DNA from: Candidatus Parcubacteria bacterium
GTDB taxonomy: Bacteria; Patescibacteriota; Minisyncoccia; Phycocordibacterales; PALSA-1337
Assembly (NCBI GenBank): GCA_039799225.1
Contig: JBDLTF010000007.1
Coordinates: 1-41,012, forward strand
Direction of reading: 5' to 3'
Length of the DNA stretch: 41,012 nt
The notes below the pieces were generated by a model. The model was not told where the DNA came from, made no database searches, and saw only the letters and a program-made list of their open reading frames with translations. This document shows, piece after piece, positions 17,813-28,027 of the stretch; the stretch's first letter is position 1, and each line of letters opens with the position of its first letter. Position numbers and translations under genes: made by a program.

Positions 17813-18637
17813 ATGAACGTACCTACGACCATCATACGACCGAAGAAACTGTTCTCGATGCGAGACATCACCGAGCTCTGGGCATACAAGGAGCTCATCT
17901 ACTTCTTCACCTGGAAAGATCTCAAGGTGAGGTATAAGCAGACTTTCGTAGGCGTGCTATGGGCCATCGTCCAGCCTTTTATGGCTATGGTCGTCTTCTC
18001 GGTCTTCTTCGGTGGACTTGCGAAGATACCTTCCGATGGTGTCCCTTATCCAATATTCGTCTATACCGGACTTCTCTTCTGGCAACTTTTCTCTGACTCG
18101 CTTTCCGAAGTCAGCGGATCTCTCATCGGCAATCAGTCCATCATTACCAAGGTGTACTTCCCTCGCCTGATCATCCCTATTTCTACAGTTGTTACCAAAT
18201 TCGTAGATTTCTTTATTTCTGCCATTATTTTGGCAGGCATGATGGTCTACTACCACATAACACCAAGTCTCCAGAGCATCATTGTCATACCAGTCCTCCT
18301 TATTATTACCGCTGCCTGTGCAGAAGGATTGGGACTCTTCCTAGCAGCAATCAATGTGAAGTATCGTGACGTACGCTATGTGTTGCCTTACTTCATCCAG
18401 CTCCTCATCTTCCTCACACCGGTCATATACCCAGCTTCGATTGCAGGTAAATGGTCCAAGCTCCTCGCACTCAACCCTATGTCCGGCGTCATCAACAACG
18501 CCCGCGCCGCACTCCTTGGAACTGCACAGGTCAACTGGCTACAGCTCGGTATATCAGTAGCAGGCTGTGTAGTTCTCCTTCTCATCGGCATATATGTCTT
18601 CAAGAAGGTTGAACGTTATTTCGCTGACGTCGTATAA
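17813..18637 (+). CDS. wzm: ABC-2 polysaccharide export permease
   Basis: ELIYFFTWKDLKVRYKQTFVGVLWAIVQP, IITKVYFPR, VKYRDVRY, LNPM. Alternative GTG start at 17795. Confidence 0.92.
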   Translation: MNVPTTIIRPKKLFSMRDITELWAYKELIYFFTWKDLKVRYKQTFVGVLWAIVQPFMAMVVFSVFFGGLAKIPSDGVPYPIFVYTGLLFWQLFSDSLSEVSGSLIGNQSIITKVYFPRLIIPISTVVTKFVDFFISAIILAGMMVYYHITPSLQSIIVIPVLLIITAACAEGLGLFLAAINVKYRDVRYVLPYFIQLLIFLTPVIYPASIAGKWSKLLALNPMSGVINNARAALLGTAQVNWLQLGISVAGCVVLLLIGIYVFKKVERYFADVV

Positions 18638-18645
18638 ATACCACC

Positions 18646-19926
18646 ATGGAAACTCCCATCATCGAAGTTAAAAATATAGGCAAACGATACACCATCGATC
18701 ATGAGCGTGGTCGCTACATTGCCTTGCGTGATGTATTCGCATCAATCATACGCAGACCATTCGCATTCATGAAGACTAGGGCCAAGCGCGCCGTCGGACT
18801 CGAGAAGAAAGAAGAGTTCTGGGCTCTGCGCGATGTGAATTTCTCCGTACAGAAAGGTGAGGTCATCGGTATCATCGGCAGAAATGGTGCCGGTAAATCA
18901 ACCTTGCTCAAGATACTTTCACAGATCACTCCTCCGACAGAGGGTGAGATTACACTTCGCGGACGTGTCGGATCACTCTTGGAAGTAGGTACTGGATTCC
19001 ATCCTGAGCTTACTGGTCGCGAGAACATTTTCTTGAATGGCGCCATACTCGGCATGAAGCGTTCAGAGATTGCGCGCAAATTTGATGACATCGTCGATTT
19101 CGCTGGTGTGGGCAAATTCATAGATACTCCCGTCAAACGCTACTCGAGCGGTATGTATGTTCGCCTCGCCTTCTCAGTGGCCGCGCATATGGAGCCAGAT
19201 ATCCTCATCGTGGATGAAGTGCTTGCAGTTGGCGACGCAGAGTTCCAGAAGAAATGTCTCGGCAAAATGCAGGAAGTCACTCGAAAAGAAGGTCGCACGA
19301 TACTTTTCGTGAGCCACAACATGGCTGCAGTCGATATGCTCTGCAAAAAAACTGTCTGGCTTGAACACGGCACCGTCAAGAGAATTGGTGAAACCAAGGA
19401 AATTGTCGAAGCTTATTTGAGTGATCGTCCCAGCGCAGAAATGGTAACAACACGCCGATCTGATCAGATTGCAACAAAAAAAGAAAAGGGTGTTCCTCAT
19501 TTTACTGATATATCCGTCGCGCCAGTCGGAGGTGGTCCTATAAAAAGTGATAGTCAGCTTGAGATCAAACTAGGATATTCGAGCGGGTCCGACAAATCTA
19601 TTGCTGAACCTCAAGTAAGCATCATCATATTCAATGAAGCGAGCCAACAGAGAGTGCTGTATATGAACAGCGGTATATCCAATAAGAATCTCGGCGATTC
19701 CCTGCCAGCGCAAGGTACCATCACATGCCAGACTGGAAATATAGATCTCAAAGCTGGTTCGTATACGATAAATGTCTGGCTTACTTCAAATAACACCAAC
19801 CACGATACTATCGACGATGCATTCCGATTCGAAGTCACTACAGACATGGAGAAGTTCGACTATAAACTCCCTCCAACAAAGGATTTCACCGATCACCTGA
19901 TACCATACGCATTCAAGAACGAATAG
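18646..19926 (+). CDS. wzt: Polysaccharide ABC exporter ATPase with C-terminal Wzt_C-like domain
   Basis: GRNGAGKST, LTGRENI, YSSGMYVRLAF, DEVLAVGDAEFQKKC, plus a ~150-aa beta-rich C-terminal extension. Confidence 0.93.
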   Translation: METPIIEVKNIGKRYTIDHERGRYIALRDVFASIIRRPFAFMKTRAKRAVGLEKKEEFWALRDVNFSVQKGEVIGIIGRNGAGKSTLLKILSQITPPTEGEITLRGRVGSLLEVGTGFHPELTGRENIFLNGAILGMKRSEIARKFDDIVDFAGVGKFIDTPVKRYSSGMYVRLAFSVAAHMEPDILIVDEVLAVGDAEFQKKCLGKMQEVTRKEGRTILFVSHNMAAVDMLCKKTVWLEHGTVKRIGETKEIVEAYLSDRPSAEMVTTRRSDQIATKKEKGVPHFTDISVAPVGGGPIKSDSQLEIKLGYSSGSDKSIAEPQVSIIIFNEASQQRVLYMNSGISNKNLGDSLPAQGTITCQTGNIDLKAGSYTINVWLTSNNTNHDTIDDAFRFEVTTDMEKFDYKLPPTKDFTDHLIPYAFKNE

Positions 19927-19950
19927 CTTCACTCATCCCCTATCACCGCC

Positions 19951-21573
19951 ATGACCATGAAAACTCCCATCGTATCGGTCATACTACCTGTATATAATGG
20001 AGAGAATTACCTGCGTGAAGGAGTGAAGAGCATACTAGGTCAGTCATTCGAAGATTTCGAACTCATAGTCATCGATGACGGTTCAACTGATGGAAGTGCG
20101 ACTATATTGAATGACTTCACTGATCCGCGAATCATCCGAGTTCGTCATGAGAAAAATAGAGGTGTCACCAAAACCTTGAACGAAGGGATCGCTCTGGCTC
20201 GAGGTGAATTCATCGTACGTGCAGATGCGGATGATATCAGCCTTTCCAATAGGATTGAGAAGCAGGTCGCATTCATGCGGGATAATCCTCATGTATCTAT
20301 CTCTGGAAGTGGGGCAGACCTTTTTGGAACAAGGAATGAACAGGTTTTATATCCTACAAGCGTAGCCGCAATACAGAGTCGCATGCTCTTCGGAAATCAG
20401 ATCGAGTCATCGACAGTCATCATGCGTACAAAAGATATAAGAGATAAACATATTTCACTTCCTGAAAAATACAGGTATGAAAACGAATACGATTTCTATA
20501 TCGCAGCAATTAAGACAGGATTGAAGATTTTAAACACATCAGAGGTTCTGGTTAAGAAAAGAATTCACCCTGAACAACTCAGTGCATTCTTCGAGAGTCG
20601 TGTGCAGGCAGTAGAATTGATGACTATACAGAAGGAATACTTTTCTTTCTTAATAAAGAGTATTTATGTATTCAATCCACTCTACATATCCTGCATGATT
20701 GTATTCATGGCGAAGAGAATCCTCAATGTGCTCAAATTTTCCTATAGACGTCTGTATTTGAAAAACAAAGAGCGTACATTCTATGCGACAGGATTTGAGA
20801 AATGTCTCCACATCAATTGTGACACGACTGAATTGAAAGATAAAAATATCATCGATATTGCAACTGTGGCATTCAACAAGCCTGAAGTTATCCAGTGGCA
20901 GATTGATTTGATTAAGAAAAATATCCGCGATCCTTATTTCTATACCGTATTCGACAATTCAAATGATCCGAAGAAGGCTGATGAAATCCAACGTGTATGT
21001 GCCGACGAACAGGTTGCTTATGTGAAGTTGCCGAAAAATCATCTCACCCGATCGTCATCTCACGGATCATCACTCAACTGGATACACAGGAATTATTTCC
21101 AGAAAAGGAAGGCTTCTTATTTCACATTCCTCGATCATGATATCTTCCCTATCAAAGAAACAAGGTTAATCAATATTCTCGATACACAATCTATATATGG
21201 ACTCTTACAAGAGAGGAAGAATGGCCTCTGGTACCTCTGGGCGGGATTTTGCTCATTCAAAGCTGACGCAGTACCGACGAAGCTCAACTTCCTTGATGGG
21301 AAAATTGGTGCGATTGGTGTTGATACAGGCGGCATGAATTGGGATCCTATCTACTCGAAATACCAGAAGAAACATATCGTATTCCCTCCATCGAAACTTG
21401 AGAAAATACATGAGTCAATGAGCCCGACGACCATTGTAAATGACCACTCATTGGACATGATAGAATACATCGGCGACTGGCTCCACCTCTACGGATCGTC
21501 AGGTTGGAAGACGGTGCGAGATCAAGAGGAAAGAGACAGGAAAATACGCGAAATAATAGCTGCTATAAAATAA
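19951..21573 (+). CDS. GT2 glycosyltransferase fused to a second, putative GT-A-like domain
   Basis: N-terminal VSVILPVYNGE..IDDGSTD..RADADD. C-terminal half has FDNS, SHGSSLNW, FLDHDIFP and DTGG. Confidence 0.85.
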   Translation: MTMKTPIVSVILPVYNGENYLREGVKSILGQSFEDFELIVIDDGSTDGSATILNDFTDPRIIRVRHEKNRGVTKTLNEGIALARGEFIVRADADDISLSNRIEKQVAFMRDNPHVSISGSGADLFGTRNEQVLYPTSVAAIQSRMLFGNQIESSTVIMRTKDIRDKHISLPEKYRYENEYDFYIAAIKTGLKILNTSEVLVKKRIHPEQLSAFFESRVQAVELMTIQKEYFSFLIKSIYVFNPLYISCMIVFMAKRILNVLKFSYRRLYLKNKERTFYATGFEKCLHINCDTTELKDKNIIDIATVAFNKPEVIQWQIDLIKKNIRDPYFYTVFDNSNDPKKADEIQRVCADEQVAYVKLPKNHLTRSSSHGSSLNWIHRNYFQKRKASYFTFLDHDIFPIKETRLINILDTQSIYGLLQERKNGLWYLWAGFCSFKADAVPTKLNFLDGKIGAIGVDTGGMNWDPIYSKYQKKHIVFPPSKLEKIHESMSPTTIVNDHSLDMIEYIGDWLHLYGSSGWKTVRDQEERDRKIREIIAAIK

Positions 21574-21585
21574 CTACTCACAACC

Positions 21586-22131
21586 ATGAAGACCGTAAGA
21601 ATCTCAAACATCCTGGCAAAATATAACACTGACAAAGTCTTCGGGCATTGCTATGGTGGGACATACAACCATATTTTCGAGAAATTCGACCGTAATGCCA
21701 AGCTCAACATTCTTGAGATAGGCGTACAGAAAGGTGGTAGCATCATGGCTTGGGCTGAGTACTTCCCTAATGCACAGGTATACGGTATCGACATTGTCGA
21801 TGTGAGAAAGCCTGAGTACCGTTCAACCGACAGAATAACCTTCATCCTCGGTGATGCGAAGGAAGTAAATCTCGATGTAAAATTCGATATCATCATCGAT
21901 GACGGAAGTCATGTGCTTTCTGATGTGCTCGTTACCACGAAAAAATATCTACCTCTTCTGAAACCAAAAGGTTACCTAATGATTGAGGATGTACAACAGC
22001 CACGAGCATGGGTATTGGGTACAGCGAAGCTCGCAGGAATACTGAGAGTACTTACGGGTAAATTCACTTGGAGAGACATGAGGAAAATCACTGGTGGGTT
22101 TGATGACTTCATGATTATAATCAAGAAATAA
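21586..22131 (+). CDS. Class I SAM methyltransferase, MycE/TylE-like (probable sugar O-methyltransferase)
   Basis: TDK..H.Y, ILEIGVQKGGS, FDIIIDDGSH, IEDV. Confidence 0.85.
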   Translation: MKTVRISNILAKYNTDKVFGHCYGGTYNHIFEKFDRNAKLNILEIGVQKGGSIMAWAEYFPNAQVYGIDIVDVRKPEYRSTDRITFILGDAKEVNLDVKFDIIIDDGSHVLSDVLVTTKKYLPLLKPKGYLMIEDVQQPRAWVLGTAKLAGILRVLTGKFTWRDMRKITGGFDDFMIIIKK

Positions 22132-22140
22132 ATACCTACC

Positions 22141-22917
22141 ATGAGAACACTCGATGAAATCGGCTTGGCCTGTGGAACAGACAAATCTAGTAGGAAGCAC
22201 AACTACACCAAGCTGTACGCGTCATACTTCGAACAGCTCCGCGACAAGCCGCTCAAGATCCTTGAGATCGGAGCCGCAAATGGATACTCGCTCAAGATGT
22301 GGAAGCAATATTTCGGTAAAGCCTCTATTCTCGGTATAGATATCGAGGATTGCAAAGAGCTCATAGAAGACCGTATCGCCATCGAACAAGGAGACCAGGG
22401 TGACTTGGCATTCTTGGGCAAGATCAATGAAAAGCACGGCCCCTTCGATATCATCATTGACGATGGTAGCCACATCAACGTGGACATGAAGGCGAGCTTC
22501 GACTTCCTCTTCCCTCTCCTTAAGTCCGACGGCATCTATGTCATCGAGGATATGCATATGTGTTATTGGGACGATAAGGTTCATAACGCTGGCAAGCCAG
22601 TGTTCATAGACCGCATCAAGGAGCTTGTCGACTCGGTCAATTCATCAGGTAAATCAGGAACTGCCAACCATGCACTCGATGACATTGATCCATATCATCT
22701 AAATAACAAGACCACACTCACCTGGTGGGAGGATGCAATCGAATTTATGCATCTCTACAGAAGCGTCGTCTTCATCAAGAAATATCCGGCGAACAAAGAA
22801 GGGTCGACGTATATCTTGGACATGCCACGACTATTGTTCAGAGCTCGACGCAAGATGCGTGTCGTCTGGAAGAAATTCTCCGAGGTGACGTGGTCGAAGA
22901 AGCTCGCAAGACAATAA
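22141..22917 (+). CDS. Class I SAM methyltransferase, MycE/TylE-like (probable sugar O-methyltransferase)
   Basis: GTDKSSRKHNYT, ILEIGAANGYSLKMW, GDQGD, GPFDIIIDDGSH, GIYVIED. Confidence 0.88.
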   Translation: MRTLDEIGLACGTDKSSRKHNYTKLYASYFEQLRDKPLKILEIGAANGYSLKMWKQYFGKASILGIDIEDCKELIEDRIAIEQGDQGDLAFLGKINEKHGPFDIIIDDGSHINVDMKASFDFLFPLLKSDGIYVIEDMHMCYWDDKVHNAGKPVFIDRIKELVDSVNSSGKSGTANHALDDIDPYHLNNKTTLTWWEDAIEFMHLYRSVVFIKKYPANKEGSTYILDMPRLLFRARRKMRVVWKKFSEVTWSKKLARQ

Positions 22918-22928
22918 GAATTAAACAT

Positions 22929-24404
22929 ATGAAAGCTATAAGCGTCTGCATATCTACATACGAAATGGGCGGAAAAGGCCCGGATTTTTTGCGATTCAGC
23001 TTTGAGCGCCTCACAAAACAGACTCTCAAGGATTTCGATGTAGTCATCTCCGATCAATCAAAAAATGAGGGAATTAAGAATGTCTGCGACGAATACTCCA
23101 GCAAGCTCGACATACACTATTTCAAAGAAAGCCCTTCTTCAACCCCTTCAGACAATAACAACAACGCGATGCGCCGAGCGCAGGGAAAATTAATTAAGAT
23201 ATTGTTTCTTGATGACTTCTTGTATTCAGATACTTCCCTTGAAGATATCGTGAAAAATTTCGACCTCAAAAAAGATAAGTGGCTTCTTACACCGTGCATA
23301 CATACCAAGGACGGTATCGAATTTTACCGACCATTCTATCCGTCATATGACGATACGAAGATACTATTCAAGAACACTATCAGTGCGCCGTCAGTCGTAA
23401 CTCTCATCAACGACGACCCTACACTCTTCGATCAGCGACTCGTGTGGTGGCAAGACCTCGATTTCTACAAGCGCTGCTATGAGCGTTATGGGGCACCGAA
23501 AATACTCAAAGACGTTAATGTTGCCATCAGAGTTCATGGTAATCAGATGGGTAATTCGAGCAAGGAGAAGATTCGCGAAGATGAATATCGCTACATCTTG
23601 AAGAAACACCATATCCATGGATTTTGGAAACTATCCCTTATATACAAGGTGAAGAAATTCAAGCGTCAGTTCAAGTCACTGATAAAGAGGAATATGGGCG
23701 AAGGTGCTACTCGATTGTATCTATCAATCAAAAAAAGTGTCTCGAATGTTCTGGCCGTAATCAAATACCGAATCACATTCTATCCCCTCTGCGTCAGATT
23801 CGGGACTTCCGATGTTTCTGTACTTGAACAAGTCTTCATCAAGAAGAACTACAATATAGATTTCGGAGACATGAATCCGAAGCTCATCATCGATGGCGGC
23901 GCGAACGTCGGATACACCTCCGTGCTCTTCGCGAAGAGATTCCCTCATGCGCAAATATATTCCATCGAACCTGAGACATCAAATTTCGCCGTGCTTAAGA
24001 AGAATGCTTCTCGATTCCCCAATATACATCCACTCAACAATGGTTTGTGGCACACCTCAGGAAAGCTGGATATCGTAGACAGTGGCCTCGGCGAATGGGC
24101 ATTCATGACCACTGAATCCTCTTCGACCAGTACAGCTTCTATCGATGCACTAACAATCGATGACATCTTGAAGATGTCTGGATCCAACAAGATAGACATA
24201 CTGAAACTTGATATCGAAGGTGCTGAGAAGGAGCTGTTCTCGAAGAATTACGAATCTTGGCTCGGCAAAGTAGATACTCTCATCATAGAACTTCATGACA
24301 GGATGAAGCCTGGCTCGAGTGCTGCATTCTATTCCGCAATCGAAAAATACGGATTCACTCGTGAACTCAAGGATGAGAATGTCGTTCTACGAAGAAACAT
24401 ATGA
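22929..24404 (+). CDS. GT2 glycosyltransferase fused to an FkbM-family methyltransferase
   Basis: N-terminal ISVCISTYEM..VISDQS..LFLDDF. C-terminal IIDGGANVGY, SIEPETSNF, ILKLDIEGAE, IIELHD. Start at ATG 22929. Confidence 0.88.
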   Translation: MKAISVCISTYEMGGKGPDFLRFSFERLTKQTLKDFDVVISDQSKNEGIKNVCDEYSSKLDIHYFKESPSSTPSDNNNNAMRRAQGKLIKILFLDDFLYSDTSLEDIVKNFDLKKDKWLLTPCIHTKDGIEFYRPFYPSYDDTKILFKNTISAPSVVTLINDDPTLFDQRLVWWQDLDFYKRCYERYGAPKILKDVNVAIRVHGNQMGNSSKEKIREDEYRYILKKHHIHGFWKLSLIYKVKKFKRQFKSLIKRNMGEGATRLYLSIKKSVSNVLAVIKYRITFYPLCVRFGTSDVSVLEQVFIKKNYNIDFGDMNPKLIIDGGANVGYTSVLFAKRFPHAQIYSIEPETSNFAVLKKNASRFPNIHPLNNGLWHTSGKLDIVDSGLGEWAFMTTESSSTSTASIDALTIDDILKMSGSNKIDILKLDIEGAEKELFSKNYESWLGKVDTLIIELHDRMKPGSSAAFYSAIEKYGFTRELKDENVVLRRNI

Positions 24405-25429
24405 TAGCTACACGATTTTACAAAGGACAAGGATTGGGCAATCAGCTCTGGTGCTATGTCGTCACCAGGAGCATAGCTACAGATAAAGGATACAGTTTCG
24501 GTATTCTATCGCCGGAAGAATTCAAGGGTTCTGATTTTTTGAATCTAGATCTCGGAACTCCAGTGAATAATACCTTGGCACACTATGAAGAAAAGAGGGT
24601 GAATCATCCGCTCAACGGCGCAGATATCAGACTCTACGATAATAATCTCATGAATGTGGCTGATAATACTGAAATAGATGGCATCATGCAGGATGAGCAG
24701 TATATATCTCACCGCAAGAATGAGATCCGAGAATGGCTCCGCATCAAACATGAATCTGATTGCACAGACTATGCGAACGACGATATCTGCATCATCAACT
24801 TCCGCGGAAGTGGCTATGTGGTGGAGAAAGAATTATTGCTTCCACCGAGATACTGGAGAGATGCCATGGAGAATATGAGGAGGGTCAATCCGAACTTCAA
24901 GTTCATCGTGATTACCGAGGATCCTGCGACCGCGCGAACATTCTTCCCTGATCTCGAGATACACCACTTCGATATTGGGAAAGACTACTCCATAGTCCAG
25001 AATGCTCATTACCTCATCTTGTCGAACTCAAGCTTCGCATGGTTCCCTGCTTGGCTGTCGACGAAACTCAAGTACTGCATCGCACCAAAATATTGGGCAC
25101 GACACAACATATCAGATGGATTCTGGTGCCCTGGATACAGCATCACCACCGGATGGATGTATCAGGACAGAAATGGAAACCTTCAAGACTATGATTCTTG
25201 TAAAAAAGAGCTGGATGAATACATCGCACAGAATCAGGTAGTATATTCCACAGAGTCTGACACTTTCCATCGAACGTCATCTATGAGAATTCGTGAAGAA
25301 TTAAGGATTTTTAAGACACTTAGAGATGAGTCTTCTTCTCTAGATGCACTTTCTACAATAACGAGTATGTATGTCCGACGAACAGTTATACGGTTGAAAA
25401 AGGTTGCACAACACCTTAAGCTGAAGTAA
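24401..25429 (+). CDS. GT11-like (alpha-1,2-fucosyltransferase family) glycosyltransferase
   Basis: GQGLGNQL, NFRG (variant of HxRxxD), ILSNSSFAWFPAWL, IAPKYW. Confidence 0.75.
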   Translation: MIATRFYKGQGLGNQLWCYVVTRSIATDKGYSFGILSPEEFKGSDFLNLDLGTPVNNTLAHYEEKRVNHPLNGADIRLYDNNLMNVADNTEIDGIMQDEQYISHRKNEIREWLRIKHESDCTDYANDDICIINFRGSGYVVEKELLLPPRYWRDAMENMRRVNPNFKFIVITEDPATARTFFPDLEIHHFDIGKDYSIVQNAHYLILSNSSFAWFPAWLSTKLKYCIAPKYWARHNISDGFWCPGYSITTGWMYQDRNGNLQDYDSCKKELDEYIAQNQVVYSTESDTFHRTSSMRIREELRIFKTLRDESSSLDALSTITSMYVRRTVIRLKKVAQHLKLK

Positions 25430-25432
25430 CCA

Positions 25433-27106
25433 ATGAAAAACCTTCCTAATGTAACGCTTGTTGCTGTCACGAGCATAAAGATACCTGAGACCGTTGCGGC
25501 TATGCGTAAAAGTATGGCCGACATCCAGTTCGGCCAGGTATTATTACTCACCAACGAAAAGATCTCGCTCGAAGCATGTGGCATCAAAGTCGTTCATATA
25601 GAAAAGCTTGATTACAAAGGATACAGCGAGTTCATGCTCTACAAGCTGAAGGATTACATCAAGACTGACTTCGCCCTTGTCGTGCAATATGACGGATATG
25701 TAACTCGTCCATCCTCATGGAGTGACGAATTCTTGAAATACGACTACATAGGCGCTCCATGGAGAAAAGACCAGCATTTCACCCCCGAAGGCGTAAATGT
25801 CCGCGTAGGAAATGGTGGTTTCTCACTCCGTAGCAAGAAGTTGTTGGAAGCTCCGACCAAGCTCAACTTACCTTTCACTGATGGTGGAAATGGAAAAGGC
25901 TACTTCAACGAAGATGGAAATGTATGCGTATACCATCGAAAAACTCTTGAAGAATCTGGAGTATTGTTCGCACCCGTGGAAGTCGCTTCCCGATTTAGCA
26001 GAGAAACAATATGTGACGATTCGTATGATAAGCCTTTTGGTTTCCACGGCAACAAGGGTAGCAGCATCGTCAGACTCAAATCATTTATAGCATCGAAATT
26101 TGCTCGAAAGATCGTAGCGAAAATAAAAAGTGAGTCAAAAGAGCATGTAAATATTGCTCGTAGAACCATCTCATCACTCAAGAATGACCTCTCGTCTCAT
26201 ATCGATATACAGCGACACCGAAAGAGTGCGGAGGTGTACGACATATTTACCTTCTTCAACGAGCTCGACCTTCTCGAGATGCGTCTCAATATCCTCGATC
26301 CATTCGTGGACCACTTCGTGATAGTTGAGGCAACAGAAACATTTTCAGGGAAACCGAAGCCTCTTTATTTCGCCGACAACAAAGATAGATTCAAGAAATG
26401 GGAGCACAAAATTATCCACCATGTGATTCGTGATACTCCTGTCGATAAAAAGGAGTTGCAGGACCGTCTCGAGTACTTGAAGCGGAAGAATCTCTCGACG
26501 AGCATAGACGCTCAAATCATCAATGATGTGTTGAACCATAATACACTCGGCAAAGGTAATATTGACTGGACCAAGGAGCTCTACCAGAAAGAATCTCTGA
26601 AAAAAGCCCTCGCCAATATAAAAGATAATGATATCTGTTATATCTCCGATGCTGATGAAATATGGAATCCTCACGCGAAAATGGACTATTCAAAAGACCA
26701 TCTATTCAGACTCCGCCAGTATATGTACGCGTACTTCTTGAACAATCGATCAAGCGAGAATTGGATTGGTCCATTGGTCGCGAAGTACAAAAACATCAAG
26801 AATGAGTACTTGAATGACCTCCGCTCGGAAAAGAAAACTTCGTATACTTATGTCCGCAACGGTGGCTGGCACTTCACCAATATGGGCGGTGCTGACCAGA
26901 TCAGGAAGAAAATCGAGTCATATGGGCATCAGGAATACAACAATGACACTATCAAATCCCGCATCGAAGACATGATTCGTGGCAACAAAGATTTCATCGG
27001 GAGGAAGTTCAAGTTCTGGGTCGATGAATCCGATCTGCCGAAATTTATTCTAGAGAATAGGCAGAAATACGCTCATCTGTTCAGACCAACCGATACACTC
27101 AAATAA
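25433..27106 (+). CDS. DUF5672-like domain fused to a GT17 (MGAT3-like GlcNAc transferase) domain
   Basis: N-terminal VQYDG, YDYIGAPW, VGNGGFSLRS, NED, PFGFH. C-terminal YDIFTFFNELDLLEMRL, FVIVEATETFSGKPKP, SDADEI, GGWHF. Confidence 0.85.
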   Translation: MKNLPNVTLVAVTSIKIPETVAAMRKSMADIQFGQVLLLTNEKISLEACGIKVVHIEKLDYKGYSEFMLYKLKDYIKTDFALVVQYDGYVTRPSSWSDEFLKYDYIGAPWRKDQHFTPEGVNVRVGNGGFSLRSKKLLEAPTKLNLPFTDGGNGKGYFNEDGNVCVYHRKTLEESGVLFAPVEVASRFSRETICDDSYDKPFGFHGNKGSSIVRLKSFIASKFARKIVAKIKSESKEHVNIARRTISSLKNDLSSHIDIQRHRKSAEVYDIFTFFNELDLLEMRLNILDPFVDHFVIVEATETFSGKPKPLYFADNKDRFKKWEHKIIHHVIRDTPVDKKELQDRLEYLKRKNLSTSIDAQIINDVLNHNTLGKGNIDWTKELYQKESLKKALANIKDNDICYISDADEIWNPHAKMDYSKDHLFRLRQYMYAYFLNNRSSENWIGPLVAKYKNIKNEYLNDLRSEKKTSYTYVRNGGWHFTNMGGADQIRKKIESYGHQEYNNDTIKSRIEDMIRGNKDFIGRKFKFWVDESDLPKFILENRQKYAHLFRPTDTLK

Positions 27107-27107
27107 C

Positions 27108-28022
27108 ATGGTCATCATCCGTATCTCAGGAGGCATCGGTAACCAACTCTTCCAATATGCATTTGGACGAGCTTTGTCGCTCCGCACAGGTAGCAAGCTC
27201 AAGCTTGATACACATGTCTATGACCTCAATATCGAGCCAGACAGGTCATTCAAGCTCCCCCACTTCAGTATATCTGGTATACCGGACATGATTGCTACAC
27301 CAACGGATTTTAAGGAGCTTGGCATCCCCTATCCTGCGAAGAAAGATATCGTGTCGAAAATACTCCGCACACTGAAGCGCAAGCTTGATTCGCGCAAACC
27401 TCTCAGTCAGAGAGTAACTATTCTCGAGCCTGGATTTGATTTCAGCCCTGAAATCGCCAACTTGAAAGATGGACATTATTTCTGCGGCGTCTGGCAGAGT
27501 GAGAAGTATTTCGTTGATCATACAGATGCTATCCGAAAAGATTTTGCACTGTCAGCACCATTCTCTTCTCCTGCAATGAGCATGAGTGAGAATATTAAAT
27601 CTGCTGGAACAGGTTCTATATCCATTCACATTCGTCGCGGCGATCAGGTACAAGATCCATGGCTTCTCAAGAAACACGGCGACCTCGGCAAGAAGTACTA
27701 CCTCGCCGCAGTTGAATACATCGCAGGAAAAGTTACCAATCCAAATCTATTCGTATTCTCAGACGACATCACATGGTGCAAAGAACATATGAAGTTCGAT
27801 CTTCCGACAACCTATGTGAGCTCGCCTAATATCCTCGATTATGAAGAGCTCATCCTTATGAGCACCTGCGCGCACAATATTATCGCCAAGAGTTCATTCT
27901 CCTGGTGGGCGGCATGGCTCAATAGAAATCCTGAGAAGATTGTCGTCACACCGAAACAACGCTTCGGTGACCCATCGGTCAAAGCAGATGATCTTACACC
28001 TGATACTTGGATAAAAATTTAA
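27108..28022 (+). CDS. GT11 alpha-1,2-fucosyl/colitosyl-transferase family protein
   Basis: GGIGNQLFQYA, WQSEKYF, SIHIRRGD, FVFSDDITW, IIAKSSFSWWAAWL. Confidence 0.92.
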   Translation: MVIIRISGGIGNQLFQYAFGRALSLRTGSKLKLDTHVYDLNIEPDRSFKLPHFSISGIPDMIATPTDFKELGIPYPAKKDIVSKILRTLKRKLDSRKPLSQRVTILEPGFDFSPEIANLKDGHYFCGVWQSEKYFVDHTDAIRKDFALSAPFSSPAMSMSENIKSAGTGSISIHIRRGDQVQDPWLLKKHGDLGKKYYLAAVEYIAGKVTNPNLFVFSDDITWCKEHMKFDLPTTYVSSPNILDYEELILMSTCAHNIIAKSSFSWWAAWLNRNPEKIVVTPKQRFGDPSVKADDLTPDTWIKI

Positions 28023-28027
28023 GAAGA

